Origin: Negativicutes bacterium
GTDB lineage: Bacteria > Bacillota > Negativicutes > UBA1444
Direction: 5' to 3'
Assembly (NCBI GenBank): GCA_963665275.2
Contig: CAXXIN010000005.1
Location: forward strand, 128,745-192,744
DNA length: 64,000 nucleotides
The notes below the pieces were generated by a model, which was not told the DNA's origin, did no database searches, and saw only the letters and a list, made by a program, of their open reading frames with translations. A program made the translations under genes and the position numbers. Each line of letters opens with the position of its first letter. Within the stretch, counting starts at the first letter, position 1. Below are positions 31,003-40,054 of the stretch, in pieces.

Positions 31003-31033
31003 AGTATACAGCTTCCCCTTAGGGAAAAGTCAA
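31003..31033 (-). promoter_or_regulatory. MerR-type promoter (19-bp spacer with dyad)
   Basis: Minus strand TTGACT-19 bp-TATACT; spacer contains the ttccc/gggaa dyad. Confidence 0.75.
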
Positions 31034-31081
31034 CAGCAAAATGAAACACTAACGATCAATGGCGATGGGAGTGTACTCGGC

Positions 31082-31876
31082 ATGATACAGTTTTATATTG
31101 ACCCGGAATTGCCTTATTTCGAACTGAAATTGTGCAACTCGACTGAGTTGTCCTATAGAAAACATGCGCACGAGGAATATTCAGTTGGCATTGTCGAATT
31201 GGGGAAAAGTCGCTTTTGGTATGAAGGGGAAATTCTCGATTTAGGTCCGCAGACTATCATTTATCTGCCGCCGGGATTAGTGCATTCGTGCAATCCAATA
31301 GATCGCAATCAGTGGAAATATAAAATGCTCTATATCAATAAGGAATGGATGGAACATTTCCTCGCAAGCAATAGCGCATTAGCATTGAATCTGCCTATAA
31401 TCAGAGCCGATTCGACCGGTATGGATTTCGCACAAGTGACTAAGATGATGAAACGGTTAAATGGTTGCGTTAGTCCCTTGGAAAAAGAAGCGAACATCTT
31501 GGCTGTATTCGAGCAAGCGCTACTTGGGCAAGAGCTGACGCGCGAGTTGAAGCTGCCTATGGAGCAATTCCAATTAAAAATCGTTCGGGAGTATTTGCAA
31601 AGTTGCTTCACGGAAAAAATTACCTTGGATCAACTGGAACGGTGCTCGGGGATCAATAAGTTTCATCTGATCCGCTTATTTAAAGCAGCGTTCAAAATAC
31701 CGCCGCACACTTATCAAACCTTACTCAGAATAAATTATGCTAAGAAAGAACTGCGCCGAAACGAAACCATATTGGAAGTTGCGCATAAGGCTGGATTCTA
31801 TGATCAAAGCCATTTTAGCAAGACATTTAAAAGCTATACAGGGACAACCCCGGAGCGATATCAAAAATCAATGTGA
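31082..31876 (+). CDS. AraC family transcriptional regulator
   Basis: KHAHEEYSVG cupin; GFYDQSHFSKTFKSYTGTTP. Confidence 0.9.
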   Translation: MIQFYIDPELPYFELKLCNSTELSYRKHAHEEYSVGIVELGKSRFWYEGEILDLGPQTIIYLPPGLVHSCNPIDRNQWKYKMLYINKEWMEHFLASNSALALNLPIIRADSTGMDFAQVTKMMKRLNGCVSPLEKEANILAVFEQALLGQELTRELKLPMEQFQLKIVREYLQSCFTEKITLDQLERCSGINKFHLIRLFKAAFKIPPHTYQTLLRINYAKKELRRNETILEVAHKAGFYDQSHFSKTFKSYTGTTPERYQKSM

Positions 31877-31950
31877 ATCGCGCCGTCAATTTTTTACAAT
31901 ACACTTCAAACTTGATTTGCTACCCTTGTAAGATAAAAGGGGGAGATCAA

Positions 31951-32361
31951 GTGAAGATAGTGATGATTATTGGGACAGAACTGCCGTTGGGATTGGTGGC
32001 GAATACGGCTGCGGTGCTGGGAATCAGTTTAAGCAAAATGTTTCCTCAGGACATTGTGGGGCCGGACGTTCTGGATGCTGACGGCAAGATGCATGTTGGA
32101 ATTACGGCTCAAACGATTCCTGTATTGGCAGGAAGCCGCGAACAGATTAAAAATATCCGGGATATTCTATTTGACAGTGCCTACGCTGATGTTGCCGTGA
32201 TCGATTTTAGCGAAGTGGCGCAAAAGTGCCTGGATTATGATGATTACATCAAACAGTTATCTGGTTTTTCGAGCGAAGAACTTCACTATTTGGGCATATG
32301 CCTATACGGACCCAAGAAAAAAGTCAATAAATTAACAGGGAACTTGGGATTGTTACGCTAG
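31951..32361 (+). CDS. DUF2000 family protein
   Basis: LPLGLVANTAAVLGISL, YLGICLYGPKKKVNKLTGNL. Confidence 0.8.
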   Translation: MKIVMIIGTELPLGLVANTAAVLGISLSKMFPQDIVGPDVLDADGKMHVGITAQTIPVLAGSREQIKNIRDILFDSAYADVAVIDFSEVAQKCLDYDDYIKQLSGFSSEELHYLGICLYGPKKKVNKLTGNLGLLR

Positions 32362-32382
32362 GATTCAGGTCATCCTATGTAT

Positions 32383-32437
32383 AAGGGCGTCCAGCCATTT
32401 GCGGTTGGACGCCCTTTGCGCTAGGTTATGAAGTTTG
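32383..32437. terminator. Hairpin/terminator; dispersed repeat copy C
   Basis: aagggcgtccagcc-atttgc-ggttggacgccctt then tgcgctaggttatgaagtttg. Confidence 0.7.
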
Positions 32438-32460
32438 AGATGAGTGGTGGTCGTGAAAAA

Positions 32461-32943
32461 CTACAGAGACAGGGGTTCGGTTTTTTTGTCATCATTTTTA
32501 CGCCGCGGGTGATTCGTTTTCCTGTTGAGGACAGAGGCGTTTTGATTAATTCCAAGTTGTTCCATCAGACTGCGCTGCAGGATTTGTGAAACATTAAGAC
32601 TGTGGCGATCGGCTTCTTCCTTTAGCCATGCAGGTAGCGTAACCATTTTATTTACCGAGCGGTTGGCGCGTTTATCACGCAAAGGCGGTAAATAAGCTTC
32701 TACTAGAGAATAGAAAGAGCCTTTCGGTGGGGTAAACTTTTCAGGATTCGTGGGCGGTGGAATAAAATCGCCATCCCGTTCCATGCCCAGGATGTGCAAA
32801 GCCAATGCTTCTTTAGCCATAGCAATGGCTTCATCCACATTATCTCCCTCGGTAACGATTCCCGGCAGATCAGGAAAAGTAATCGTGTAACCGCCCTCTT
32901 CGCAGGATTCAAAGAGTGCCGGAAACCGATAGGTGTTTTGCAT
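32461..32943 (-). CDS. hicB: HicB family antitoxin
   Basis: YRFPALF, GYTITFPDLPGIVTEGD, AKEALALH, VNKMVTLPAWL, NVSQILQ. Confidence 0.9.
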   Translation of the reverse strand: MQNTYRFPALFESCEEGGYTITFPDLPGIVTEGDNVDEAIAMAKEALALHILGMERDGDFIPPPTNPEKFTPPKGSFYSLVEAYLPPLRDKRANRSVNKMVTLPAWLKEEADRHSLNVSQILQRSLMEQLGINQNASVLNRKTNHPRRKNDDKKTEPLSL

Positions 32944-32969
32944 AAATATATCCTCCAGTGCAAGCAAGG

Positions 32970-33029
32970 TTACTCATACCAGCCATCTTCACGTAATAAT
33001 TGCAATACTTCTTTAAACGAATAAACCAT
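32970..33029 (-). pseudogene. hicA: Truncated hicA toxin remnant
   Basis: MVYSFKEVLQLLREDGWYE* resembles a HicA N-terminus; lies directly upstream of hicB; stops before the GSH motif. Confidence 0.7.
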
Positions 33030-33309
33030 TTGATGAGTCGCCTCGGTTGATTAAAACAATAATAACGTATGTTTTGACATATGTAAATGAACGGAAAGCT
33101 GCGCTGCAAGTGTCGGGAAAACTGGAAGTGCTGAGCGACATCTTTGGATCTGCAGCAGGAGGACATCTTTTATATAACATTGGAACGCATTGACGAATGT
33201 TCGATTCGCGCAGAGATTTTAATTTCGCTGGCAAACAAAGGGAATCTAATTGCTTTCGAGAATAAAAGTTATGAAAGCAATTGCTGTTTTATTTAAGGAT
33301 GTGATTCTT

Positions 33310-36300
33310 GTGGCATTTGAACCAGGTGGCAGAGCGGACAAATTGGGCAATCGACATGAAGGAAGATGGGTTGTTAAGCAACTTCTTCGTCTAATAAATG
33401 AAGACATCAAATCAGTCACAATTGAATCTATTGGCGACGATGAACGCGGGGTTGATTTAGTGCTTGTGTTGAATGATGGGCGGAAGCAGTTTCAACAATG
33501 CAAAGCACGCAATACAAGCGAAGATTCTTGGTCCATTAGCCATTTAAAGGCGCGTGGAGTCTTAGAAAACATTCAATTTCAGCTGGATCGCGATCCAACT
33601 GTGGAATTCATTTTTGTAAGTGGTGTTCCCTCTACAACTCTTCGTGATATTTGCCATAGTGCCCGAAACTCTAACGGCAATGCGGAAGACTTTTTTCAAC
33701 ACCAACTTAAAGGAAACCCTCGACAAGACGCAATCCGCCAATTTTGCAGTGCGCTGGGACTTGATCCAGCAGAAAAAAGCGTCCGTGGGAAAGCATACGA
33801 CTATTTGCGTAGAATTTATATACAAACCTATCCTGATGACGAAAATACTTGGAATGATTTAATTGCTTTGTCAGGATTTATGCTTGATGGTGCTCCGGAA
33901 ACTGTTATTTCTACATTGCGGACCTACGCAGAAAACAACGATAAAATGGGTTCTCCTATCTTTGCAGATATATTGCTGGATTATCTTGTTAGCCAAAACA
34001 TTCACCCGAAATATCTGGCGCGAGATTCCAGAATATATCCTGTCATTGAACGGTTGCACGAAGAATTTAGCGACTCCATTGCTCCTGGGCTTATTAATGC
34101 TCAATGTATTCCACGAGAAGAGACAACTAAATGCATGGAAGCTATTGAAAGTAAAGGAATTGTCATATTGCATGGCCCAGCAGGTTATGGGAAAAGCAGT
34201 ATATTATATGAATTAGTCTCCAAATTTAAGGAGAAGGGAATATTATTTCTGCCAATAAGGCTTGATCGTCGCATCCCCGAAAATACGGCCACGCAATTTG
34301 GTGAGGATATGGGGTTGCCGGATTCACCGGCTTTATGTCTTGCAAAGGTTGTAGAAAAACGTTTCTGCGTTCTCTTATTGGATCAATTGGATGCTATTCG
34401 CTGGACTACTGCCCATTCGGCAAATTCTCTTGACGTATGTAAAGAATTGGTACGGCAGGTACTATCGTATAGAAACATGGATAGAAACATAAACATCAGC
34501 GTTGTACTAATTTGTCGCACTTTCGACCTAAACCATGACCCGGAAATAAAAAATTGGCTTAGCAATAACAAGGATTTAGAGCAAGCGACCAAAGTGGAGG
34601 TTTTGCCTCTTCCCGACGTGACGGTACGACAGTTCGCTGGAAACTCTTATGAAAAAATGAACGAGCAGCAAAGAAGAATTCTATCCATTCCCCAAAATTT
34701 ATCTATGTGGATAGAATTAAGTAAACAGGAAGGGCAACCACTTTTTGTATCATCAGTTGACCTGATGAAGCAATTCTGGGCTATAAAAAAGAGCCAATTA
34801 GAAAATAATGGCATATCAACTGAAGATATAAATAGTGTCATAGACACTCTAAGTAAATGGTTGGAAGAAAAAAGTAAGATTACTGCACCAAACAGAGTGT
34901 TGATGCGTTGTTCTGAAAATGCTGTTGCTGCTTTTAAATCGTGTGGAATAATTCAAGAGCAGCATAATAGCGTCGGATTTTATCATCAAAGTTACTTGGA
35001 TTTTTTGATTGCAAGCAGAGTAATTGAACAAATCGATTCCGGCGGTAGCATTCTGCAGTGGTTGGGTGAAAAAAAGCAGCAAACTCTTTTTCGAAGAGAA
35101 CAATTACGGCAAGCCCTGGCCATGTTAGCTATGGAATCGCCACATGGATTTTATGAAGCAGTAACACAAATTCTATCCAGTGACGATGTTCGTTTTCATC
35201 TGAAGTATCTAGTGCTTGAATTAGTTGGAGAAATAGAGCAAATTGACAGTCGCCTTTTCGATTATCTCTACAATCTTTCACTTCATGACAATGGGGAAAA
35301 TCAAGTAATGGACACGGTTTTTTACGGTCGCCCCAAATTTATACAAGAACTGATCAAAAGAGGAATAATTAACGAGTGGATTTGTTCTGGCAATGACATC
35401 AGCGTGAATCGGGCATTATCGCTTTTGCGATCTGTGTCTGAAAAAATACCCGAGCAGATAACCGAAATTTTATCTCCACTAGTTAGTGCAGGGAATGAAT
35501 GGCCATCCAAAGTACTGGAAACACTTTGTTGGAAGCTATCCGATGATTCAGAAGATATGTTTGCATTGCGGTTACGCTTAATGCATTTGAGATTGATACC
35601 AAACTTTGTAGACTGGAAGGATATCTGCGCCCAGCATCCCCTCCGAGCAATTCGTTTGCTCAATTCATTTCTGGAAACATGGGATATTAATGAAGATAAA
35701 AGAGAAAAAAACTCTCGATTGGAATATTGGTATGATATTGATCTACAAGAACTATTGCAAGCTGCTCAACGTAACCCATTAGAAACTTGGGACTGTTTGA
35801 TGCCACATGTCATACGACATACTACATTTGAAGCAACGCCATATTATGACACACGACTATATAAATGGCGAAAGGACGATATCGATTACAGTCAGCTGGA
35901 TATTGCTCGTGGCATAGTGGAATTATTAATAAAGGCGGGGCAAACTATTGCCATAGAAACGCCGGAATTATTGTTGGATCGTTTGCCAAGTGTAGAAGAT
36001 AGCCTTTCGGTTGTAGTGCAGGAGATTCTTCTGGATGCTTTTTTATATCTTCCGCAGCAATATGCCGACGTTGGTGTTCGTTGGCTGCTAAAGGATCTTG
36101 CCAAAGTGAATTTAGGTTATGGCACAAATGAACCCCAATGGATGCCTGCCTTTAGGTTGGTTCAAGCACTTTCTCCCTATTGTTCAAGTGAACTTTTTGA
36201 CGAGTTGGAGAACGCTCTCGTTACTTACCACGACCCAAATGAAAAGCAATATGCAAAAAGTGCGTTAAAATCATGGCATCGTGAAGATTTTGACTACTTT

Positions 36301-37920
36301 TGGGGAGAAGCGCAGTACTTTTTGTTGCCCGCGCTAGACGCAAAGCGTATTAACAAAAAGACCGCAGAACTCATCCAGGTTTTAAAACGAAAATTTGCAG
36401 GTTGCTTTTCATCTCGTAGTCATACGGGCGGGTTTATTGGTTCCAAACTTGACAAAAACTTGCTTCGTATTAGCGATAGCGCATGGCTGGATATTATATC
36501 GAACGATAAAATTCCAATTGAGAGTCGTGGTAAGTGGGAACAGGTTGGCAATGACCACATTGTAGAAACGTCGATTTGGCAGTTTTCAAGCAGTCTCGCT
36601 TGCGCAGCTAAGTGGTGGCCGGAACGATTTGCGAGACTATCGCTGCGGTTTCCTGCTGGCACTCATACGAGTTACATTTCAGCAATTCTGGATTCGTTGC
36701 GTTTGAAGCAGCACGATAAAGACACTCCTGAAAATATTGCAATGAATTGGAAGCCGGCTTCTGTAGATGCAGTATTAAGAGTAGTCGAAAAATATTGTGA
36801 TTTGAAGGAGCGCGAAGTAGCCATTTCTTTTTGCAGGCTAATAACTGATCGCGCCGAGGAAAATTGGCCGGATGCAGTTTTAGAGAAGCTTATGCATTTA
36901 GCTGTGGAGCATCTCGACTTGGAGGAGGATAAACTGAATGTCGGATGTGACAAGGCCGCCAGAGAAGCAACCGTCGATACGTTGTTTCAAAACACCATCA
37001 ATTGTGTACGCGGCGTAGCTGCTCATGCAATCGGGCAGTTGCTTTGGCAACATTCTGAACTGTATCAAAAAGTTTGCCCGGCCATAGAGTCTTTGGTCGC
37101 CGATCCGCATCCAGTTATTCGAATGGCTGCTATTGAGATATTGCTTCCCGCCTTGAATATTGATCGAATGCAAGCAGTCAAATGGTTTTGTGCGGCTACT
37201 GTGAACGATTCTCGAATTCCTTCTTCGCCACGAGCAACTATTTTTTTTAACTATACAATCTTGCAGTATGCCGAACTATTGGAGCCGATAATAAGCCAAA
37301 TGGTTGACTCAGGAAACACTGAAATTTCCCAGCATGGGGCTGAGATTGCAACTGCTTATTACTTGTTTTATTCTATTTTGAAAGGTCCTTATAGTGCTTG
37401 CCTTCTTGGAAGTACTTGGCAGAGAAAAGGTGTAGCAAAGGCTGCAGCTAGATTCGTTTCTGATCGCAAATATGCAGAAAAGTGCAGAGATATTTTGATT
37501 GAACTCATGAATGACAACGAAAAAGAAGTGAGAGTTGAAGTATCGAATCTGTTTAGAACTGATGTTTTGCACATTAACGAAAATATTTCTTTCGTTCAAT
37601 CCTTTGTAAAATCAAAATCGTTTCCAGAAGAAACTTTTGGTTTTTTTCATTGTATCGAAGAACACAAAGAATCCTTGATTCCTTTCGCAGACGTCATTTT
37701 GGATACCTGCGAAGCGATTTGCAATGCTGACGATTCCAAAGATAAAAGTACAAGATTGTATTTTGCAAATACCCAAATTTCACCGTTGTTGCTACGGCTA
37801 TATGAACAGTCACAGGATCAATCTCCCGATATTTCTGATCGTTGTTTGGATGCTTGGGATGAGTTGTTTGAGAAACGTATTGGAAATACGAGAGAAATGA
37901 CGAAAGGAATAGGTTTATAA
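33310..37920 (+). CDS. Large STAND NTPase with N-terminal PD-(D/E)xK-like nuclease and C-terminal helical repeats (Avs/AVAST-like candidate)
   Basis: GVD...QQCK nuclease-like motif, Walker A GPAGYGKS, Walker B LLLDQLD, LICRTFD, FYHQSYLDFLIA, HEAT-like repeats; GTG start at 33310 inferred from RBS. Confidence 0.75.
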   Translation: MAFEPGGRADKLGNRHEGRWVVKQLLRLINEDIKSVTIESIGDDERGVDLVLVLNDGRKQFQQCKARNTSEDSWSISHLKARGVLENIQFQLDRDPTVEFIFVSGVPSTTLRDICHSARNSNGNAEDFFQHQLKGNPRQDAIRQFCSALGLDPAEKSVRGKAYDYLRRIYIQTYPDDENTWNDLIALSGFMLDGAPETVISTLRTYAENNDKMGSPIFADILLDYLVSQNIHPKYLARDSRIYPVIERLHEEFSDSIAPGLINAQCIPREETTKCMEAIESKGIVILHGPAGYGKSSILYELVSKFKEKGILFLPIRLDRRIPENTATQFGEDMGLPDSPALCLAKVVEKRFCVLLLDQLDAIRWTTAHSANSLDVCKELVRQVLSYRNMDRNINISVVLICRTFDLNHDPEIKNWLSNNKDLEQATKVEVLPLPDVTVRQFAGNSYEKMNEQQRRILSIPQNLSMWIELSKQEGQPLFVSSVDLMKQFWAIKKSQLENNGISTEDINSVIDTLSKWLEEKSKITAPNRVLMRCSENAVAAFKSCGIIQEQHNSVGFYHQSYLDFLIASRVIEQIDSGGSILQWLGEKKQQTLFRREQLRQALAMLAMESPHGFYEAVTQILSSDDVRFHLKYLVLELVGEIEQIDSRLFDYLYNLSLHDNGENQVMDTVFYGRPKFIQELIKRGIINEWICSGNDISVNRALSLLRSVSEKIPEQITEILSPLVSAGNEWPSKVLETLCWKLSDDSEDMFALRLRLMHLRLIPNFVDWKDICAQHPLRAIRLLNSFLETWDINEDKREKNSRLEYWYDIDLQELLQAAQRNPLETWDCLMPHVIRHTTFEATPYYDTRLYKWRKDDIDYSQLDIARGIVELLIKAGQTIAIETPELLLDRLPSVEDSLSVVVQEILLDAFLYLPQQYADVGVRWLLKDLAKVNLGYGTNEPQWMPAFRLVQALSPYCSSELFDELENALVTYHDPNEKQYAKSALKSWHREDFDYFWGEAQYFLLPALDAKRINKKTAELIQVLKRKFAGCFSSRSHTGGFIGSKLDKNLLRISDSAWLDIISNDKIPIESRGKWEQVGNDHIVETSIWQFSSSLACAAKWWPERFARLSLRFPAGTHTSYISAILDSLRLKQHDKDTPENIAMNWKPASVDAVLRVVEKYCDLKEREVAISFCRLITDRAEENWPDAVLEKLMHLAVEHLDLEEDKLNVGCDKAAREATVDTLFQNTINCVRGVAAHAIGQLLWQHSELYQKVCPAIESLVADPHPVIRMAAIEILLPALNIDRMQAVKWFCAATVNDSRIPSSPRATIFFNYTILQYAELLEPIISQMVDSGNTEISQHGAEIATAYYLFYSILKGPYSACLLGSTWQRKGVAKAAARFVSDRKYAEKCRDILIELMNDNEKEVRVEVSNLFRTDVLHINENISFVQSFVKSKSFPEETFGFFHCIEEHKESLIPFADVILDTCEAICNADDSKDKSTRLYFANTQISPLLLRLYEQSQDQSPDISDRCLDAWDELFEKRIGNTREMTKGIGL

Positions 37921-37965
37921 TACAATAAGAGTAGTCTAGGAGTGGGTGTAAGGAGTTGATTTGGT

Positions 37966-38931
37966 ATGGAACCAATAAAAGTTTGTGATATTGGCAGTTT
38001 TTATGTTGGCGGAAAAGAAGTGACGTTGTCAGGACTGCCAACTTATGAAGCGTCTATGGCACTGGGTGGACCTGCACGCGTCGTTAATCCCAATGGAGAT
38101 TTTGAAACTGGACAGATGTATGTTCAATACATTCGGCTGGCAGAGGCTAAAGCGAAATATCCTCTCATGCTTTGGCACGGTGGTGGGCTAACGGGATCAA
38201 CGTGGGAAACGACACCTGATGGACGGCAGGGATGGCAGATGTTTTTTTTGCATGCAGGGCACGACGTTTATGTAACAGATGCAGTAGAACGCGGCAGGGC
38301 TTCATGGTCAAGATATCCGGAAATATATACAACCGACCCGATTTTTCGCACCAAAAAAGAAGCCTGGGAATCGTTTCTGATTGGTCCAACTTATGTTAAT
38401 AAACCAGAAGATAGAGTGGCGTTTCCCGACACAAAATTTCCGATTCAATTCTTTGATCAGTTTATGAAAGAAGCTGTTCCTCGTTGGTCAACTAATGATG
38501 CGGTAACACAGGAAGCATACGATGCTTTGCTACAGAAAGTCGGACCGTGTGTTATTGTCGTCCATAGTCAAGGGGGTGCATTTGCCGAACAAGCCGCTCT
38601 CAATGCTCCAGATAAAGTCAAAGCTATCGTTTTTATCGAGCCGTCAGGAGCGCCAGATCTTTCAAATATTAACTTGACGACAATAAAAAACATTCCGCAT
38701 TTATATATATGGGGAGATTATATGGACCAATATCCCACGTGGATCAAATATTATGCCAATGTGCTGGAATATAGGGATGCGTTAATCGAGAAGGGGGTGC
38801 CGGTAACTTGGATTGAACTACCGCGGATAGGCATCAAGGGAAACTCACATATGCTGATGATGGACAAGAATTCTGATGACATTGCGATGATTGTTCAAAA
38901 TTGGCTGAAAGACCAGCAATTGATGAAATAA
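37966..38931 (+). CDS. Alpha/beta hydrolase (esterase-like)
   Basis: WHGGGLTG, WETTPDGR, VHSQGG nucleophile elbow, GNSHMLM. Confidence 0.85.
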   Translation: MEPIKVCDIGSFYVGGKEVTLSGLPTYEASMALGGPARVVNPNGDFETGQMYVQYIRLAEAKAKYPLMLWHGGGLTGSTWETTPDGRQGWQMFFLHAGHDVYVTDAVERGRASWSRYPEIYTTDPIFRTKKEAWESFLIGPTYVNKPEDRVAFPDTKFPIQFFDQFMKEAVPRWSTNDAVTQEAYDALLQKVGPCVIVVHSQGGAFAEQAALNAPDKVKAIVFIEPSGAPDLSNINLTTIKNIPHLYIWGDYMDQYPTWIKYYANVLEYRDALIEKGVPVTWIELPRIGIKGNSHMLMMDKNSDDIAMIVQNWLKDQQLMK

Positions 38932-39312
38932 CAAACAGATTTCGCAAAGAATCACTAATGGCGCGATGCCGGTTCTCTGCCGCTTTTCCTGTCCGTTGGA
39001 GGCGCTGGCCGCATCCGAGCGGGTGTATGTGTGTAAGGCGGAAACGTTGTGAACCGTTTCATAGCTTTTGGCCGAATCGAGAAATAAAATAAAAAAAGAC
39101 CGTGGTTTTGCGCCAAGAAAAGTACCGTGCAGACGCCGCGGCTTTTGTCGTAGGATTTTGACTGCGCACGCTAGAACGGCGTGCTCTTTTTTGTTCAAGC
39201 AAAATGGTGGAAAATGCAATGAAAAAATGACAGAAATCAGTGAGATGGCTGATGAATAAGGCGTTGAGTGGCGTTTCGTCTTTGAGTGAAAAGCAAAAAA
39301 TGCTTATGCGTT

Positions 39313-39428
39313 GAGTTACCGAAGTTATCAAAGTTACCGTAAATTGCATTAATGTGTAATAGAAAAAAGTTTCACGCCATTATATTCATTATAGGATTTT
39401 TCGGTAACTTGAGTAACTTGGGTAACTT
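39313..39428. repeat. Inverted sets of three 9-bp tandem repeats flanking an AT-rich spacer (iteron/origin-like)
   Basis: gagttaccg-aagttatca-aagttaccg, 62-bp AT-rich spacer, cggtaactt-gagtaactt-gggtaactt. Confidence 0.75.
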
Positions 39429-39505
39429 TGCATGATATAATAATTCAAAAAATTGTTGTCTCATATGTGATATGTGGTGAATCAAGAAAATTTTGGAGGC
39501 GTGCT

Positions 39506-39973
39506 GTGTTTAGAGAAATGCGAAGAAAAGATCGGGCCATGTTGGATGAAGAAGCAATTTCAATCCTGGAGACTGCGCAGGTTGGGACGTTGGCGACTGT
39601 AAGTGAGAAGCACCTTCCGTATTTGGTTCCCATGAGTTTTGTTTATACCGAGGGCGTGATTTATTTGCACAGCGCGGTGGAAGGGAAGAAACTCGATAAT
39701 ATGCGCAGCAATCGAAATGTTTGTTTCAATGTTGTTGAGGCGGTTGAGTTGTTGCCGGCGGCTTTTTCCACCAATTATAAGTCGGTTACTGTGTTTGGGA
39801 CGATTTCTATCGTTGAAGAGGTTGAAGAAAAACGCCAGGGATTGATCGCTATCGTGAAAAAGTATAGTCCTGATTTTTACGAAGCTGGCATGCAATACAT
39901 TGACAAGGCGATCGAAAAAACCAAGGTGCTGAAGATTGCAGTGGATAGGATAAGCGGCAAAGCAAGGGTTTAA
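39506..39973 (+). CDS. Pyridoxamine 5'-phosphate oxidase/NimA-like flavin-binding protein
   Basis: MFREMRRKDR, PYLVPMSF, IYLHSAVEGKK, YKSVTVFG. Confidence 0.85.
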   Translation: MFREMRRKDRAMLDEEAISILETAQVGTLATVSEKHLPYLVPMSFVYTEGVIYLHSAVEGKKLDNMRSNRNVCFNVVEAVELLPAAFSTNYKSVTVFGTISIVEEVEEKRQGLIAIVKKYSPDFYEAGMQYIDKAIEKTKVLKIAVDRISGKARV

Positions 39974-39994
39974 CCGCCGGGAAGGGAAGATACG

Positions 39995-40040
39995 AAAGGC
40001 TGCGGAAGCGCTGATTGAAAAGCTCGCCTGCAGCCTTTTT
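39995..40040. terminator. Bidirectional terminator between convergent genes
   Basis: aaaggctgcgg...ctgcagcctttt. Confidence 0.55.
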
Positions 40041-40054
40041 GATATTGTCTTGTA

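Noticed and set aside
33030-33300. Possible small ORFs between the hicA remnant and the STAND gene
   Set aside because: No recognisable motif or convincing RBS/start
39313-39428. Short repeats as a CRISPR array
   Set aside because: The 9-bp units abut with no spacers and no cas genes are present; no CRISPR array seen anywhere in the window
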